Source: Minisyncoccota bacterium
GTDB taxonomy: Bacteria; Patescibacteriota; Minisyncoccia; Phycocordibacterales; UBA6065
DNA: 64,000 nucleotides
Reading direction: 5' to 3'
NCBI GenBank assembly: GCA_041661645.1
Contig: JBAZUA010000001.1
Location: forward strand, 125,074-189,073
The position numbers were made by a program, and so were the translations under genes. Positions within the stretch are counted from its first letter, which is position 1, and each line of letters begins with the position of its first letter. The notes under the pieces are model-generated. The model was not told the origin of the DNA. It searched no databases and worked only from the letters and a program-made list of their open reading frames with translations. Of the stretch, positions 36,301 to 43,897 are shown piece by piece.

Positions 36301-39152
36301 ACGACGTACACAAAGGCAAAATACGCCACAGGCAGCACCTGTGTCATGATCATGACGCGATAAAACTCCCGAATCATTCCCCTGAACTTGAATCCGACGT
36401 CTGACGACGTCTGCCACTCAAGAAGATGCCTTCGCGTCATCACGAGGCGGACGAGCGTTATGCCTATGGCCGATATCGATATAAAGGCATGATGGACGAC
36501 AAAAACCGCCCTGAGCACAATGTGCGCAACAGCAACCCACGCCTGATTGAGGAAGTCTTTGGAGCGGACAGGCAGGGAGATCCTCTTAACGGAAAGGGTG
36601 TCGCTCATAAGCGATACCAGAGACGGCGCCGCAAGGACAAGGAGCACATACAGCGCCGCGAGGACGCTGGCTTTCGGGAACGGTATGGCAAGGACGAGAA
36701 TGGCAAGCCCCATAACCGGAACAAGGCTACGTCTCAAATTGTCGAATATCTTGAACCTGTCGACGAACGAGAGCGGGCGAGGGGCGACATCGGGCGACAA
36801 AGGCTTCCGTGTCCCAAAAAGCCAGCCCACTATCTGCCAATCACCGCGTATCCATCGATGAAGACGAACCGCAAACTCATGATAGAAGCGGGGGAAGCCG
36901 TCAAAAAATACGATGCTCGATGCATACCCGGTCCTGGCATAGATGCCCTCGAGCAAGTCATGGGAAAGGACGAGATTGTCAGGTATCTGACTCTTCATGG
37001 TGCTCTCAACTGCGTCGATATCATAGATTCCCTTGCCAAAAAACAGGGCGCTGCCGAAGAAATCCTGATATACGTCCGATACGGCAATCGAATATGAATC
37101 TATGCCCGATCCACCCGAGTATAATCGAGAGTACGAGGACGTGTCGGCAACGGCGAGACGAACGCCCACTCGCGGCTGTATGATGCCATAACCCCGGATA
37201 ACCGAATTCCCCTCTCTCGATATAACAGGCCTGTTGATCGGGTGATGGATGCAGCCAATGAGCCTGCGAGCGGCGTCCTTCGGCATCTCGGTGTCCTCGT
37301 CGAGGGTGATGACATAACGCACCCGTGACACGGAAGACAGAATCTCCCCGTTGACATAGCTCGTCCCTGAAACGCCCCTCAAGAGCATGTTGAACTCGCG
37401 CAACTTTCCCCTCTTCCTCTCCCAGCCCATGAATACCCCCTCGGACTCGTTCCACAATCTCTTTCGATAGAGGGCATAGAACCTCTTCTCCCTGCCCCCA
37501 TAACGGGCATTGAGATCATCCATGCCAGCGAGAGCCTCCCGTATGAGAACATCATCCCCAGGGAGAGTCTCGGATGATGCGTCCATGAAGTCAAAGAGCA
37601 GCGCATAAAGGATGTTGTCCTGATCGTTGCCGAGAAACCTGATCTCGAGCTTTCGCACGGTCTCCCTGATTGACTCAATGCTCCTTATCATAGTCGGTAT
37701 GACGACGAAGGTCCTCTGAGACTCAGACACGCCCCTGGATATATCAAGCTCGGGTAACCTGCTCACAGGCATGAACTTCACGACAAGAGCGTTGACCAGG
37801 GCGAGGGATACCTCGATATTAAAAAGGGTCGCGATGACGGAAAAGATGCTAAGGGCAATTACCCCTGGAAACATTCCCCAGAAGACATACAAGGTGCACG
37901 CCACGCAGAGGACGTCGAGAACGGCGACGAGACCGAAGTAAAAACGCGACGAATGCCTCTTTATCACGGCCACGACCCGATCATGGGTCGTATATTTATA
38001 CCCAATCCTATGCCTCAACTCATGGACGCCGTCATCGACGAGATAGAAGCCCACGTGCGCCTCTGCCGGTGACACGTCAACCTTCGCGACAGATGACTTT
38101 CGGCTCTTGACATCAGATTGTTGGGCAAGGCGAACGGCGGCACGGGCAATCTCCGCCTCATGAATCCCCGCGACTTCGGCCATATGGACAATCGCACGCC
38201 TGTAAAGCGCCTTGCTCTCTGTCTCCATGAAGGCATAGGCGCCGGCAGGATCCTTGGACAAAATAGTGTCGACGATGTTTACGTCCTCTGCGACCTGTTC
38301 CCAGCGAGTCTGGTTTATCCAATGAAACGACTCGATGACATGGGAGGCGAGAGTGGAGTTCGTGGCTCTCTCGCGACCCTCGATGTCTGCGAGATTGCGT
38401 GAATCAATTCCCTGTTTCTCGAGATTGAGCTTGAGCCATTTGAGCACGGGCCGTACCGACGATGCCTCGGGGGAGAGTCTCTGAAAGAGATAGAATCCGA
38501 GAGACAGCGGGATGATGCCATATGAGGTGGCGAGTCCCGATATGATTCGAGAGAAGTCCGGCGCCTTCCTCCCGCGAACCTCTTTCATGATGCGACTCGA
38601 TATGTGACGAGCCTTTCCATACTCATCAAGAGAGACGATGGCCTTCTCTACGAGTCGACCAAACTGTTCGACGAGAAGTATCTGGAACACAAGCGGTACG
38701 ACATAGAGCTCCCGGGTGGAAAGAGGGCTCTGCTCCTGATAGGCAATGAGGAATTCGGTGATGGTTTCCTTGTCCACGAGATATCTGGTCGCCTCCATGA
38801 GCTTCGAGAGGATGTGATAGAGCCTGGGAACGTTTGATCCATCGGCGATGGCCACGAACGGGAGCCTCCTCACGTCATCCCTTCTGACATTGTTTTGTAT
38901 CTCGAAAATCGCCGCCCCCACGACGAAAAAGCTGTCGAATATGGATTCAATCTCGTGGGTGACGTGCTTCTGACGCGAGACCTCTCGGGTCAATTTCTGA
39001 TAGCGACCGCGCGTGTATTGGGCAGACGCCTTAAAACTCAGATGATAGGTCGATGACTCTTGGGGTTTCGATACAAGAAAGGTGCTCTTACCAAGCTCCC
39101 GCCCGAGGGAGCGAACTTTCTTCAAGAGACCCTCACTCTCGATTTGCGACAT
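30375..39152 (-). CDS. ndvB: Cyclic beta-1,2-glucan synthase (Cgs/NdvB/ChvB; GT84 + GH94)
   Basis: 2925 aa; GWERKRGKL, TLDEDT, SHDLLEG, RLHRWIRGDWQ, TSPTNLG, GHLYNWY, GFRDQLQD, DWNDG, RENGSQYNHAA, GRGGWTWYTGSA. Confidence 0.95.
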   Translation of the reverse strand: MSQIESEGLLKKVRSLGRELGKSTFLVSKPQESSTYHLSFKASAQYTRGRYQKLTREVSRQKHVTHEIESIFDSFFVVGAAIFEIQNNVRRDDVRRLPFVAIADGSNVPRLYHILSKLMEATRYLVDKETITEFLIAYQEQSPLSTRELYVVPLVFQILLVEQFGRLVEKAIVSLDEYGKARHISSRIMKEVRGRKAPDFSRIISGLATSYGIIPLSLGFYLFQRLSPEASSVRPVLKWLKLNLEKQGIDSRNLADIEGRERATNSTLASHVIESFHWINQTRWEQVAEDVNIVDTILSKDPAGAYAFMETESKALYRRAIVHMAEVAGIHEAEIARAAVRLAQQSDVKSRKSSVAKVDVSPAEAHVGFYLVDDGVHELRHRIGYKYTTHDRVVAVIKRHSSRFYFGLVAVLDVLCVACTLYVFWGMFPGVIALSIFSVIATLFNIEVSLALVNALVVKFMPVSRLPELDISRGVSESQRTFVVIPTMIRSIESIRETVRKLEIRFLGNDQDNILYALLFDFMDASSETLPGDDVLIREALAGMDDLNARYGGREKRFYALYRKRLWNESEGVFMGWERKRGKLREFNMLLRGVSGTSYVNGEILSSVSRVRYVITLDEDTEMPKDAARRLIGCIHHPINRPVISREGNSVIRGYGIIQPRVGVRLAVADTSSYSRLYSGGSGIDSYSIAVSDVYQDFFGSALFFGKGIYDIDAVESTMKSQIPDNLVLSHDLLEGIYARTGYASSIVFFDGFPRFYHEFAVRLHRWIRGDWQIVGWLFGTRKPLSPDVAPRPLSFVDRFKIFDNLRRSLVPVMGLAILVLAIPFPKASVLAALYVLLVLAAPSLVSLMSDTLSVKRISLPVRSKDFLNQAWVAVAHIVLRAVFVVHHAFISISAIGITLVRLVMTRRHLLEWQTSSDVGFKFRGMIREFYRVMIMTQVLPVAYFAFVYVVGSVNLVLLACSASSMFSPCVAFLISRAKSRSRDQILDRQAVSELRATAYRTARYFIDLPRVESNWLIQDHLQLRPSVTREDCLTTSPTNLGMLFGSLFSAQELGYLTMDRFIDRSRKALESIFRLERYKGHLYNWYDIQTLEPLSPRYVSSVDSANFILALIAFRQGVLRLPSVPLLRPSSVDGFWDAVRVLSEEVDALARRGVDGRPAKSLLRDLMMGIERIRGISRSSSELLSLSDFYRFFTEIHPLVVDLEKTASSLRADESMRVAEQVCSLVEIIARDIEAQLSLQRYLFSYVRLHDASVDAYVSKDAHLSGAYRGLLETLNQIPSFDRLAHQLPDAVEQVGFSRLVHESSLSGPAREYVIAWYDGMLKGLRRSAVRASSFLADIDGIQRQCATLIDEPDFGFLYNKERGLFHIGHNATYDKIDSNCYNFLASESNSVSFVAVLKNQVPQKHWFYLGRKLVRTGGIISLVSWGGSLFEYLTSLIYFNTHENSLLGKTARAAISVHRRHGALSRTPWGMGESAYYLFDASKHYQYQIFGSAHLGLKRGLADYLVIAPYVSALSLSFVPRAAIKNLRRISKIGGKGQYGFFDAIDYMDSGVRLSAPVPIQIWYAHHQGFTLLGIHNAIDPNRIRNLFHSDARVASLDLLLEEKMPATPTATALSVAARLPFTASQGISEDGSESRRYVPARSAYPHLALLGNGSYSVSVSNSGGGYSKYGDVALTRYRDDQILEESGSFFYIKNMRTGALWSSNLKPLGGDSRRHKIVFHENKAEFEVSHGSISARLGITTHPDYPAEIRSLELTNEGSVEESLLVASYGEVSLALQVQETHHPLFQRLMVKSWFVEDVGALVYSRPHPADRTKKIYFAHMLTGSSSKKHRPVPCADRETFFGHLGGIKNPAFLDKNQSTQPVRPYTLDPIFSLSRSISLKPHHSVRLVFVNVAHESYDELLKILRKLKGGRGAVTELARALVTSAEKTKSLGITQEMGGAFQALASRVLGGRTYGMSSVPASDLPYVHSLWKIGVSGDYPLVVLVIKDIEDIQTVKQALLCHVYWKHKGLDIDMIILNQEPSSYIKSLDDEIDFLLRQSASARVDASGSKVYHLKSDLMEPADKAVLLHVARVVIDSKDGSFKQQAAMVGKTPRQTSYPAKLIPSLSRSQSYSLKRSDIPPSGLEFDNSWGGFDVARSEYVIRVLPQSQPPAPWSNIIASPSFGTAVDHRGSMFTWSVDSHDNRLTAWNNDPLSFKSSEIFYIRDEETGETWNPTPFPIRSPHPFVVRHGKGYTTFEHSRGDLSFSFKISVSLDSTVKMVRLVVKNRGNRGRKLSETAFLEPVLGSVREHSRDFMLFERDGETGALMFGNGYKNHLAKRVAFVDLSSGAFDVSTDKAEFIGRHGSYEAPTALKRAGLSNVLTSGSSNCIVTQTVFSVAPGEESEIVFLLGEAESRQAAREMILAHRNVTRLGASEARVSEYWKDLSDSVRIETPDKSLDVLFNDQLLHQSLSSRVWGKTGMHQPSGAFGFRDQLQDMSAFVWSRPRDVRAFILNAAAHQFRDGDALNWWHEYNGFGVRSVLSDHQLWLVYATLEYVSVTGDNGILDEEVSFLEGPQLSFAYQSEWAGTPKASEEVASLYEHCVRAISRSSVFGTHGLPLIGRSDWNDGLSKVGAQGKGESVWVAWFLGYLMDRLAVIAKKRGDVERADSYGARIVAISKSIDRYAWDGKWYRRAFLDSGTALGSKKLREFKIDSVAQSWASLSGMARMDKRDRALRSMLEKLCVSSTMRLLAPALSDSALDPGYIKDYPPGVRENGSQYNHAALWAAQALFLAGQADEGKKVLDLVNPFLRSDSAEKASRYRVEPYVLASDVYAEPSYEGRGGWTWYTGSAGVMYKTVLQFMLGFHVEGDSLSFEPALPSEWGSCVITYRYGKTVYEITYEKSAGSKSVVRSVSENGAELLEGRVSLADDGVRHIVRVVLV

Positions 39153-39160
39153 GTTTTCTA

Positions 39161-39916
39161 TTATATATCACTATTGGCACGAGAGAACCCCTCGGCATCA
39201 AGGATGCCACGAATTATAGACTCCGTCTCGGCAAGGGAGCGCGTCGCAAAGATCTTGACGCCTACGGCTTTCACGGGCGCGTCATTCCCACCCGCATCGA
39301 GGGCGTCGCCGACAAAGACGGCATCAGAGGCCTGAATGCCGAGGTGCTCAAGCAGCCTTGAGACGCCAAAGGCCTTGTCCACTCCTTTTTCCGTAAAATC
39401 GATGGACGTCGACCCACCGATGGTGACAGATAATCCCGGAAGCCTCGGCGCGATCCGCGCCACGATGGCCTTTCGCTTCTCACGCGTCGGATCCCAGGCA
39501 TATTTGATATCGAGAGGCGCATCGATGCCAAGGGCGGCATAGGTTATCTGCGTCCCGCGATCTTCGACGAAGCCACCGAGACGCACGGTCGATATTCCCG
39601 TGATACCGGCAAGCTCCTCGAATAAGACACGGCGATCAGCGTCGCCTATGGGAAATGAGTAGACCACGCGCCATGCCCCTCGCTCGAAGGCCCTCATCTC
39701 GGCACCGCTCGTCGGCAGGGCATAAAGATGACCGAACTGGGCATGAGACAGCCGAGATATGACCTGACGCGTCACGCTCTCCATCGATCCACCCGAGACA
39801 AGGGCGACGGGCATTATATCGAGAAGCCTCGAAAGAAGACTCGTCATGGACGAGGACAGTGTCGATCGACTTTCGGTAAGCGTATTGTCTATGTCGAAGA
39901 TTGCGATTTTGATCAT
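39161..39916 (-). CDS. HAD-IIB hydrolase, phosphomannomutase-like
   Basis: FDIDNTL, SGG, EDRGTQIT, GGSTSID, DKAFG, GDALDAGGND. Confidence 0.88.
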   Translation of the reverse strand: MIKIAIFDIDNTLTESRSTLSSSMTSLLSRLLDIMPVALVSGGSMESVTRQVISRLSHAQFGHLYALPTSGAEMRAFERGAWRVVYSFPIGDADRRVLFEELAGITGISTVRLGGFVEDRGTQITYAALGIDAPLDIKYAWDPTREKRKAIVARIAPRLPGLSVTIGGSTSIDFTEKGVDKAFGVSRLLEHLGIQASDAVFVGDALDAGGNDAPVKAVGVKIFATRSLAETESIIRGILDAEGFSRANSDI

Positions 39917-39935
39917 GGTGATTGATGTCGTCTGC

Positions 39936-40253
39936 TTACAGCCCCTCGGCGAATTTTCTGATGTCCTCGGCTATGGGGAGAAGCTCGTACCCGTCGGCGG
40001 TAAGCGAATATGCCACGGGCATTTTTTTGGCGGACTCCTTCCTGCGCTTGATGAGGCCGATGCGTTCCATCTTTTTGAGGCGTGACGTGAGGGTGACGGG
40101 ATTGACGCCCACAACCGCCCGCTCAAGCTCGCAGAAACGACGCTCACCCTGACCCAGGGCCTCTATGATGGACAACGCCCAATAGTCCCCGATTGACTTG
40201 AGGACCTTGTCACATCGCTTTTCTCCCCCTGTAGTGGGTTGACTCTTTTTCAT
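39936..40253 (-). CDS. HxlR/DUF24-family transcriptional regulator
   Basis: N-terminal Cys, IGDYWALSII, RFCELER, LTSRLKKME, YSLT. Confidence 0.9.
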   Translation of the reverse strand: MKKSQPTTGGEKRCDKVLKSIGDYWALSIIEALGQGERRFCELERAVVGVNPVTLTSRLKKMERIGLIKRRKESAKKMPVAYSLTADGYELLPIAEDIRKFAEGL

Positions 40254-40271
40254 TAGTTACTATAATTACTG

Positions 40272-40296
40272 TAGTACTATACTATATTAAGTACTA
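40272..40296. promoter_or_regulatory. Inverted repeat in the divergent hxlR/nitroreductase promoter (candidate operator)
   Basis: tagtact-N11-agtacta in an AT-rich spacer. Confidence 0.45.
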
Positions 40297-40329
40297 ATAT
40301 TACTCAAGCCCGATAACCATAGTATACAC

Positions 40330-40971
40330 ATGAAGAAAGAAGAAATCATCAGCGCCCTCAACTGGCGCTACGCAGTGAAGACCTTTGACGCCGCCAAGAA
40401 AGTGAGCGACGCAGACCTTAACACCATTCTCGAGAGCGGACGCCTCTCCCCCAGCTCCTTTGGCATAGAGCCGTGGAAGTTCATCGTCGTGACCAATCCC
40501 GAGATCCGCGCCAAGATCCGCGCGGCGAGCTGGGACCAGACCAAGGTGACCGACGCGTCGCACCTCGTCGTCGTGGCCCGCAGAACCGACGCCCCCGCCC
40601 TCTCGCCCGAGCTCATCGCCCGAACCGCAAAGGCCCAGGGCAAGACCGAAACAGACCTCGCCGAATACAAGGGCATGGTAGACAATGCACTCACCGGACG
40701 ATTGGCAAACCCCGCCGTCCTTGACGGATGGATCGCCTCACAGACGTATGTTGCCCTCGGTATCATGGCCGAGACGGCTGCCCTTCTCGACGTCGACGCC
40801 TGTCCGATGGAGGGATTTGACCCTTCGCAGATAAATGCCATCCTCGGCCTTTCCGCCAAGAATCTGTCGGCGACCACCATGCTCGCCCTCGGATATCGCG
40901 GAGCTGATGACTATGCGAAGGCGCCAAAGACCCGCCGACCGTTCGAGGAGGTCGTTGAGTTCGTTGCCTAA
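40330..40971 (+). CDS. NfsB-like nitroreductase / NAD(P)H oxidoreductase
   Basis: WRYAVKTFD, SPSSFGIEPWKF, CPMEGFD, PKTR. Confidence 0.93.
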   Translation: MKKEEIISALNWRYAVKTFDAAKKVSDADLNTILESGRLSPSSFGIEPWKFIVVTNPEIRAKIRAASWDQTKVTDASHLVVVARRTDAPALSPELIARTAKAQGKTETDLAEYKGMVDNALTGRLANPAVLDGWIASQTYVALGIMAETAALLDVDACPMEGFDPSQINAILGLSAKNLSATTMLALGYRGADDYAKAPKTRRPFEEVVEFVA

Positions 40972-40982
40972 TCAGTTCAGAC

Positions 40983-41016
40983 AGCAAAAAGCCACCCTTG
41001 CGGGTGGCTTTTTGCT
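40983..41016. terminator. Bidirectional intrinsic terminator
   Basis: agcaaaaagccaccc-ttgc-gggtggctttttgct, a perfect 15-bp stem between convergent genes. Confidence 0.88.
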
Positions 41017-41023
41017 TTACAGA

Positions 41024-41221
41024 CTACGCTCGCTGAACGTTGACTGCGTTGAGGCCCTTTGGAGACTCCTCAGTCTCGAAAGATACTGCATCACCCTCGC
41101 GGATCTCGTCGAAACGAACGCCTACGAGAGAGTTGCTGTGGAAGAAAAGATCCTTTGCGAGACCCTCACCAGTGATAAATCCGAAACCCTTGTCAGTTAC
41201 CTTCTTTACGGTTCCTACCAT
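41024..41221 (-). CDS. cspA: Cold-shock protein
   Basis: KGFGFI (RNP1), DLFFHSN (RNP2), KGLNAVNV. Confidence 0.95.
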   Translation of the reverse strand: MVGTVKKVTDKGFGFITGEGLAKDLFFHSNSLVGVRFDEIREGDAVSFETEESPKGLNAVNVQRA

Positions 41222-41304
41222 ATAGTTATTGTGTTATTTATTGCGACTAATTACAAAAATAGAGATAAAGCTCGACGATTTAAAACTACAACTTTTGTGG
41301 GTCA

Positions 41305-41333
41305 AGTATATCACCTATTGAAGCGGCTGTCAA
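41305..41333 (-). promoter_or_regulatory. sigma70 promoter of the cold-shock gene
   Basis: TTGACA-17-TATACT, giving a leader of about 75 nt. Confidence 0.8.
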
Positions 41334-41381
41334 TCAGTCTTGTTGACCCCCAACCTCCCTGCTATACTTTCAACTGATACC

Positions 41382-41606
41382 ATGAGAAACATACACGGAG
41401 TGGAATTCGATGAACCCGTAATCGAGAGCGGTCGCACCGCAAAGACCCTCGACGTACAATCGCCTATGGAAAAGTGGGCGCTCGCCAATACCAAGCTGTC
41501 CCTTCGGGGCCTCAGATTCGGGCTTGCCGCGATAAGCCTGCTCCTTTTCATTGCCTCAGCGGTCTTCCTTTTCCTCACCTATTACACCTATTCACCCTCA
41601 CGATAA
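41382..41606 (+). CDS. Small single-TM hypothetical protein
   Basis: 74 aa with a C-terminal hydrophobic helix; TGcTATACT upstream. Confidence 0.65.
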   Translation: MRNIHGVEFDEPVIESGRTAKTLDVQSPMEKWALANTKLSLRGLRFGLAAISLLLFIASAVFLFLTYYTYSPSR

Positions 41607-41613
41607 TCAAACC

Positions 41614-42444
41614 ATGAAAAACAACATCAGGGCGTTCACCCTCGTAGAGCTCATGGTCGTGCTGTCCATAATCTCCCTGCTCTCGAGCATGGCCATGTAT
41701 TCGACGGCACAGGCGCGAGTAAAGGCGGATGATGCCAAGAAACAGGTCGAGGTACGTCAGGTGCAGGTCGCCATAACCCTGCAAAAAGACACCACAAAGA
41801 AGACTCCCCTCAACTACAGCTGCGCGGGGACATATTGCAGCAATGGCACGGGTGACAGCGTCGCCGTCGAGGGAAGCCAGGCCTACAATGCCAGCATGCA
41901 GGAGCTCGTGAACAACGGGTACCTCAGCGCGATCCCGAACAGCAAGGACGATTCCTACGTGTACTATGCCGACACCAACGCCGACCAGGCGGCATTTGGC
42001 GTGGAGCTCAAAAGCCCCAATGCCCGGATGACGAACAACTACTGCCCATCGATGCCCGTACCATACTCATCGTGCGTGAGCACGATGAGCTCGGGAACAT
42101 ACACCCCAGCCCAGGAGGGGCCCGGGGTCGTAGTTTTCAGAGACGGCCCCGAAACGGCCAGCTTCTGCAAGACATACGGCGCGACAAGCACGGCCCAGTG
42201 CCCGCAGGGCGGCAACGGGATGTTTGCGAACGCATGTGTCGGAACCCGGGTCTCCTACGCGCCAGGTCAGAGCCCCCTCGCGCAGACGGGGACAAACGAC
42301 GCAAGCGTCTACCTTGCGTTTGATTTTGTCATAAACCAATGCTCTATTCGCGCCCTCGTCCCCTATGACATAACCTGCACCCTCAACACAGGCTCTGTCC
42401 CGACCTGCTCAGGAGGGGGCTCCGACTACTGTGCCTGTATTTAA
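41614..42444 (+). CDS. Type IV pilin-like protein with a Cys-rich C-terminal domain
   Basis: RAFTLVELMVVLSII, LVNNGYLSAIP, YVYY; about 12 Cys. Confidence 0.85.
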   Translation: MKNNIRAFTLVELMVVLSIISLLSSMAMYSTAQARVKADDAKKQVEVRQVQVAITLQKDTTKKTPLNYSCAGTYCSNGTGDSVAVEGSQAYNASMQELVNNGYLSAIPNSKDDSYVYYADTNADQAAFGVELKSPNARMTNNYCPSMPVPYSSCVSTMSSGTYTPAQEGPGVVVFRDGPETASFCKTYGATSTAQCPQGGNGMFANACVGTRVSYAPGQSPLAQTGTNDASVYLAFDFVINQCSIRALVPYDITCTLNTGSVPTCSGGGSDYCACI

Positions 42445-42518
42445 ATAAGGCGAAACCTACTCGACACTCACCTTCACATCAGTTCGCTCTTTCTTGACCT
42501 TGAGGAAGAGCACGGCGA

Positions 42519-43001
42519 CTATCTCATCAACCCCTCAAGCACCCCGGCCGAAGTAACCTTGAGCAGAAGCACCGCCCCGCGCGACGGCGAGGTCGTCATC
42601 GGCTCACCGGGATTCCTTTCGGCATAGTTCACGTGAAGCTCCCGGGCGCTAGCGTTTATCTCGGTGGACTGCGGCGCGATCCTGTCACCCACGAGAAAAG
42701 GGTTAGTCAGATAGTAGCCCTGCGGCGCCGTCACGGATGTCGACGTCGCAATGGCGACGATCGCATAATAAAAGGTCCCGCTCCCGCCCTCATCCCGAGT
42801 CACGAGAAAGGCGCGATCATCCCTGCCGTCGCCGGTAAGGTCGCCCGAGGCCTCGTTGCCGAAGTAGCCGGCGACGGCCCTCGGGTCGAAGGCCTGGGAA
42901 GGCGCGCGGTACGGGGCAAAGGCCAGGCAGGACGCAATGGCGATGACGACAAGGCCGACTATCGAGGCCTCGAGGGCGATCGTCTTTTTGAAGTTGTTCA
43001 T
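42519..43001 (-). CDS. Secreted or membrane-anchored hypothetical protein
   Basis: N-terminal TM helix; GDLTGDGRDD, GGSGTFYY, GDRIAPQ. Confidence 0.8.
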   Translation of the reverse strand: MNNFKKTIALEASIVGLVVIAIASCLAFAPYRAPSQAFDPRAVAGYFGNEASGDLTGDGRDDRAFLVTRDEGGSGTFYYAIVAIATSTSVTAPQGYYLTNPFLVGDRIAPQSTEINASARELHVNYAERNPGEPMTTSPSRGAVLLLKVTSAGVLEGLMR

Positions 43002-43075
43002 GGATACAGTATATAAGATATAAGAAAAACCCGCCTCTCGTAGGGCGGGTTTGTATAAGGCGGGCGAAGAAATTA

Positions 43076-43441
43076 CTATCGACGCCGGAGAATCGAATGG
43101 ATGAGGTCAGGAACATGATCCTTCTTTCTCGCCATGTGAGTGCAGCCGGCGGCAAGCATCTCCTCCCCCAGATACGGGCTGCTCGAAGCGGCAATGATGA
43201 CGCAGTCGGGGTCACCCTTCTCCTTGAGCATCCTGATAAGCGGCAGGCTATTGAAGATGTCTCCTCCGAGACAGCCATCAACGGACACGGCGTGCCACTG
43301 CTTAGACGGTATCAATTTGACTGCCTCGGCGAGGCTCATTGCGTAGGTTGCCTGGTATTGCGGGTAATCCGCCATCTCGGCCTTGAACTCCTCGACCTGC
43401 TTTAAATCATCCTCTATCAGAAGAACATTCCATGTGGGCAT
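43076..43441 (-). CDS. Single-domain response regulator receiver
   Basis: VLLIEDD, VSVDG (phospho-Asp), IIAASS, terminal Lys. Confidence 0.85.
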   Translation of the reverse strand: MPTWNVLLIEDDLKQVEEFKAEMADYPQYQATYAMSLAEAVKLIPSKQWHAVSVDGCLGGDIFNSLPLIRMLKEKGDPDCVIIAASSSPYLGEEMLAAGCTHMARKKDHVPDLIHSILRRR

Positions 43442-43516
43442 ATATGGAAATACTACCCGAAATGCCCCTTAAAGCAACAAAAAACCACCCGCAGGGGTGG
43501 CTTTGTTCTGGGTGAC

Positions 43517-43747
43517 CTATGCCGACTGCGGCTCCATCTCCCTTAGCGCGAAGTTCAGGGCGCCCTTGCTTTCGACATAATATGCAAACAGCTCGCCGTC
43601 GTTGCATGCTGGGCGTCCGTGCCTGAGCCAGAAATAATAGCGATTGTCGTCACTCAGGGATTCCTGTTTCTGGAGCAGGGCCCTTTTCCAAAAACGCCGA
43701 CACAGGTCAAGATTGCAGGGTCTGTTGACTATGGGGCATGTTTCCAT
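43517..43747 (-). CDS. Small hypothetical protein
   Basis: 76-aa ORF followed by a terminator-like hairpin at about 43481-43505. Confidence 0.5.
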   Translation of the reverse strand: METCPIVNRPCNLDLCRRFWKRALLQKQESLSDDNRYYFWLRHGRPACNDGELFAYYVESKGALNFALREMEPQSA

Positions 43748-43897
43748 GGTGGTTTAGGCTGACGGGGTTCTGCACGTAATTGTGTGCCCGCCGGCGAAAA
43801 TGTAAAGGCCCGTGGGTGCGTAAGTTTTTCCGGCCATCAGGAAGTTTGACACTCTGCTATAAAACTGTAGTGTGGTCAATAGATACTCTTTGTCACC

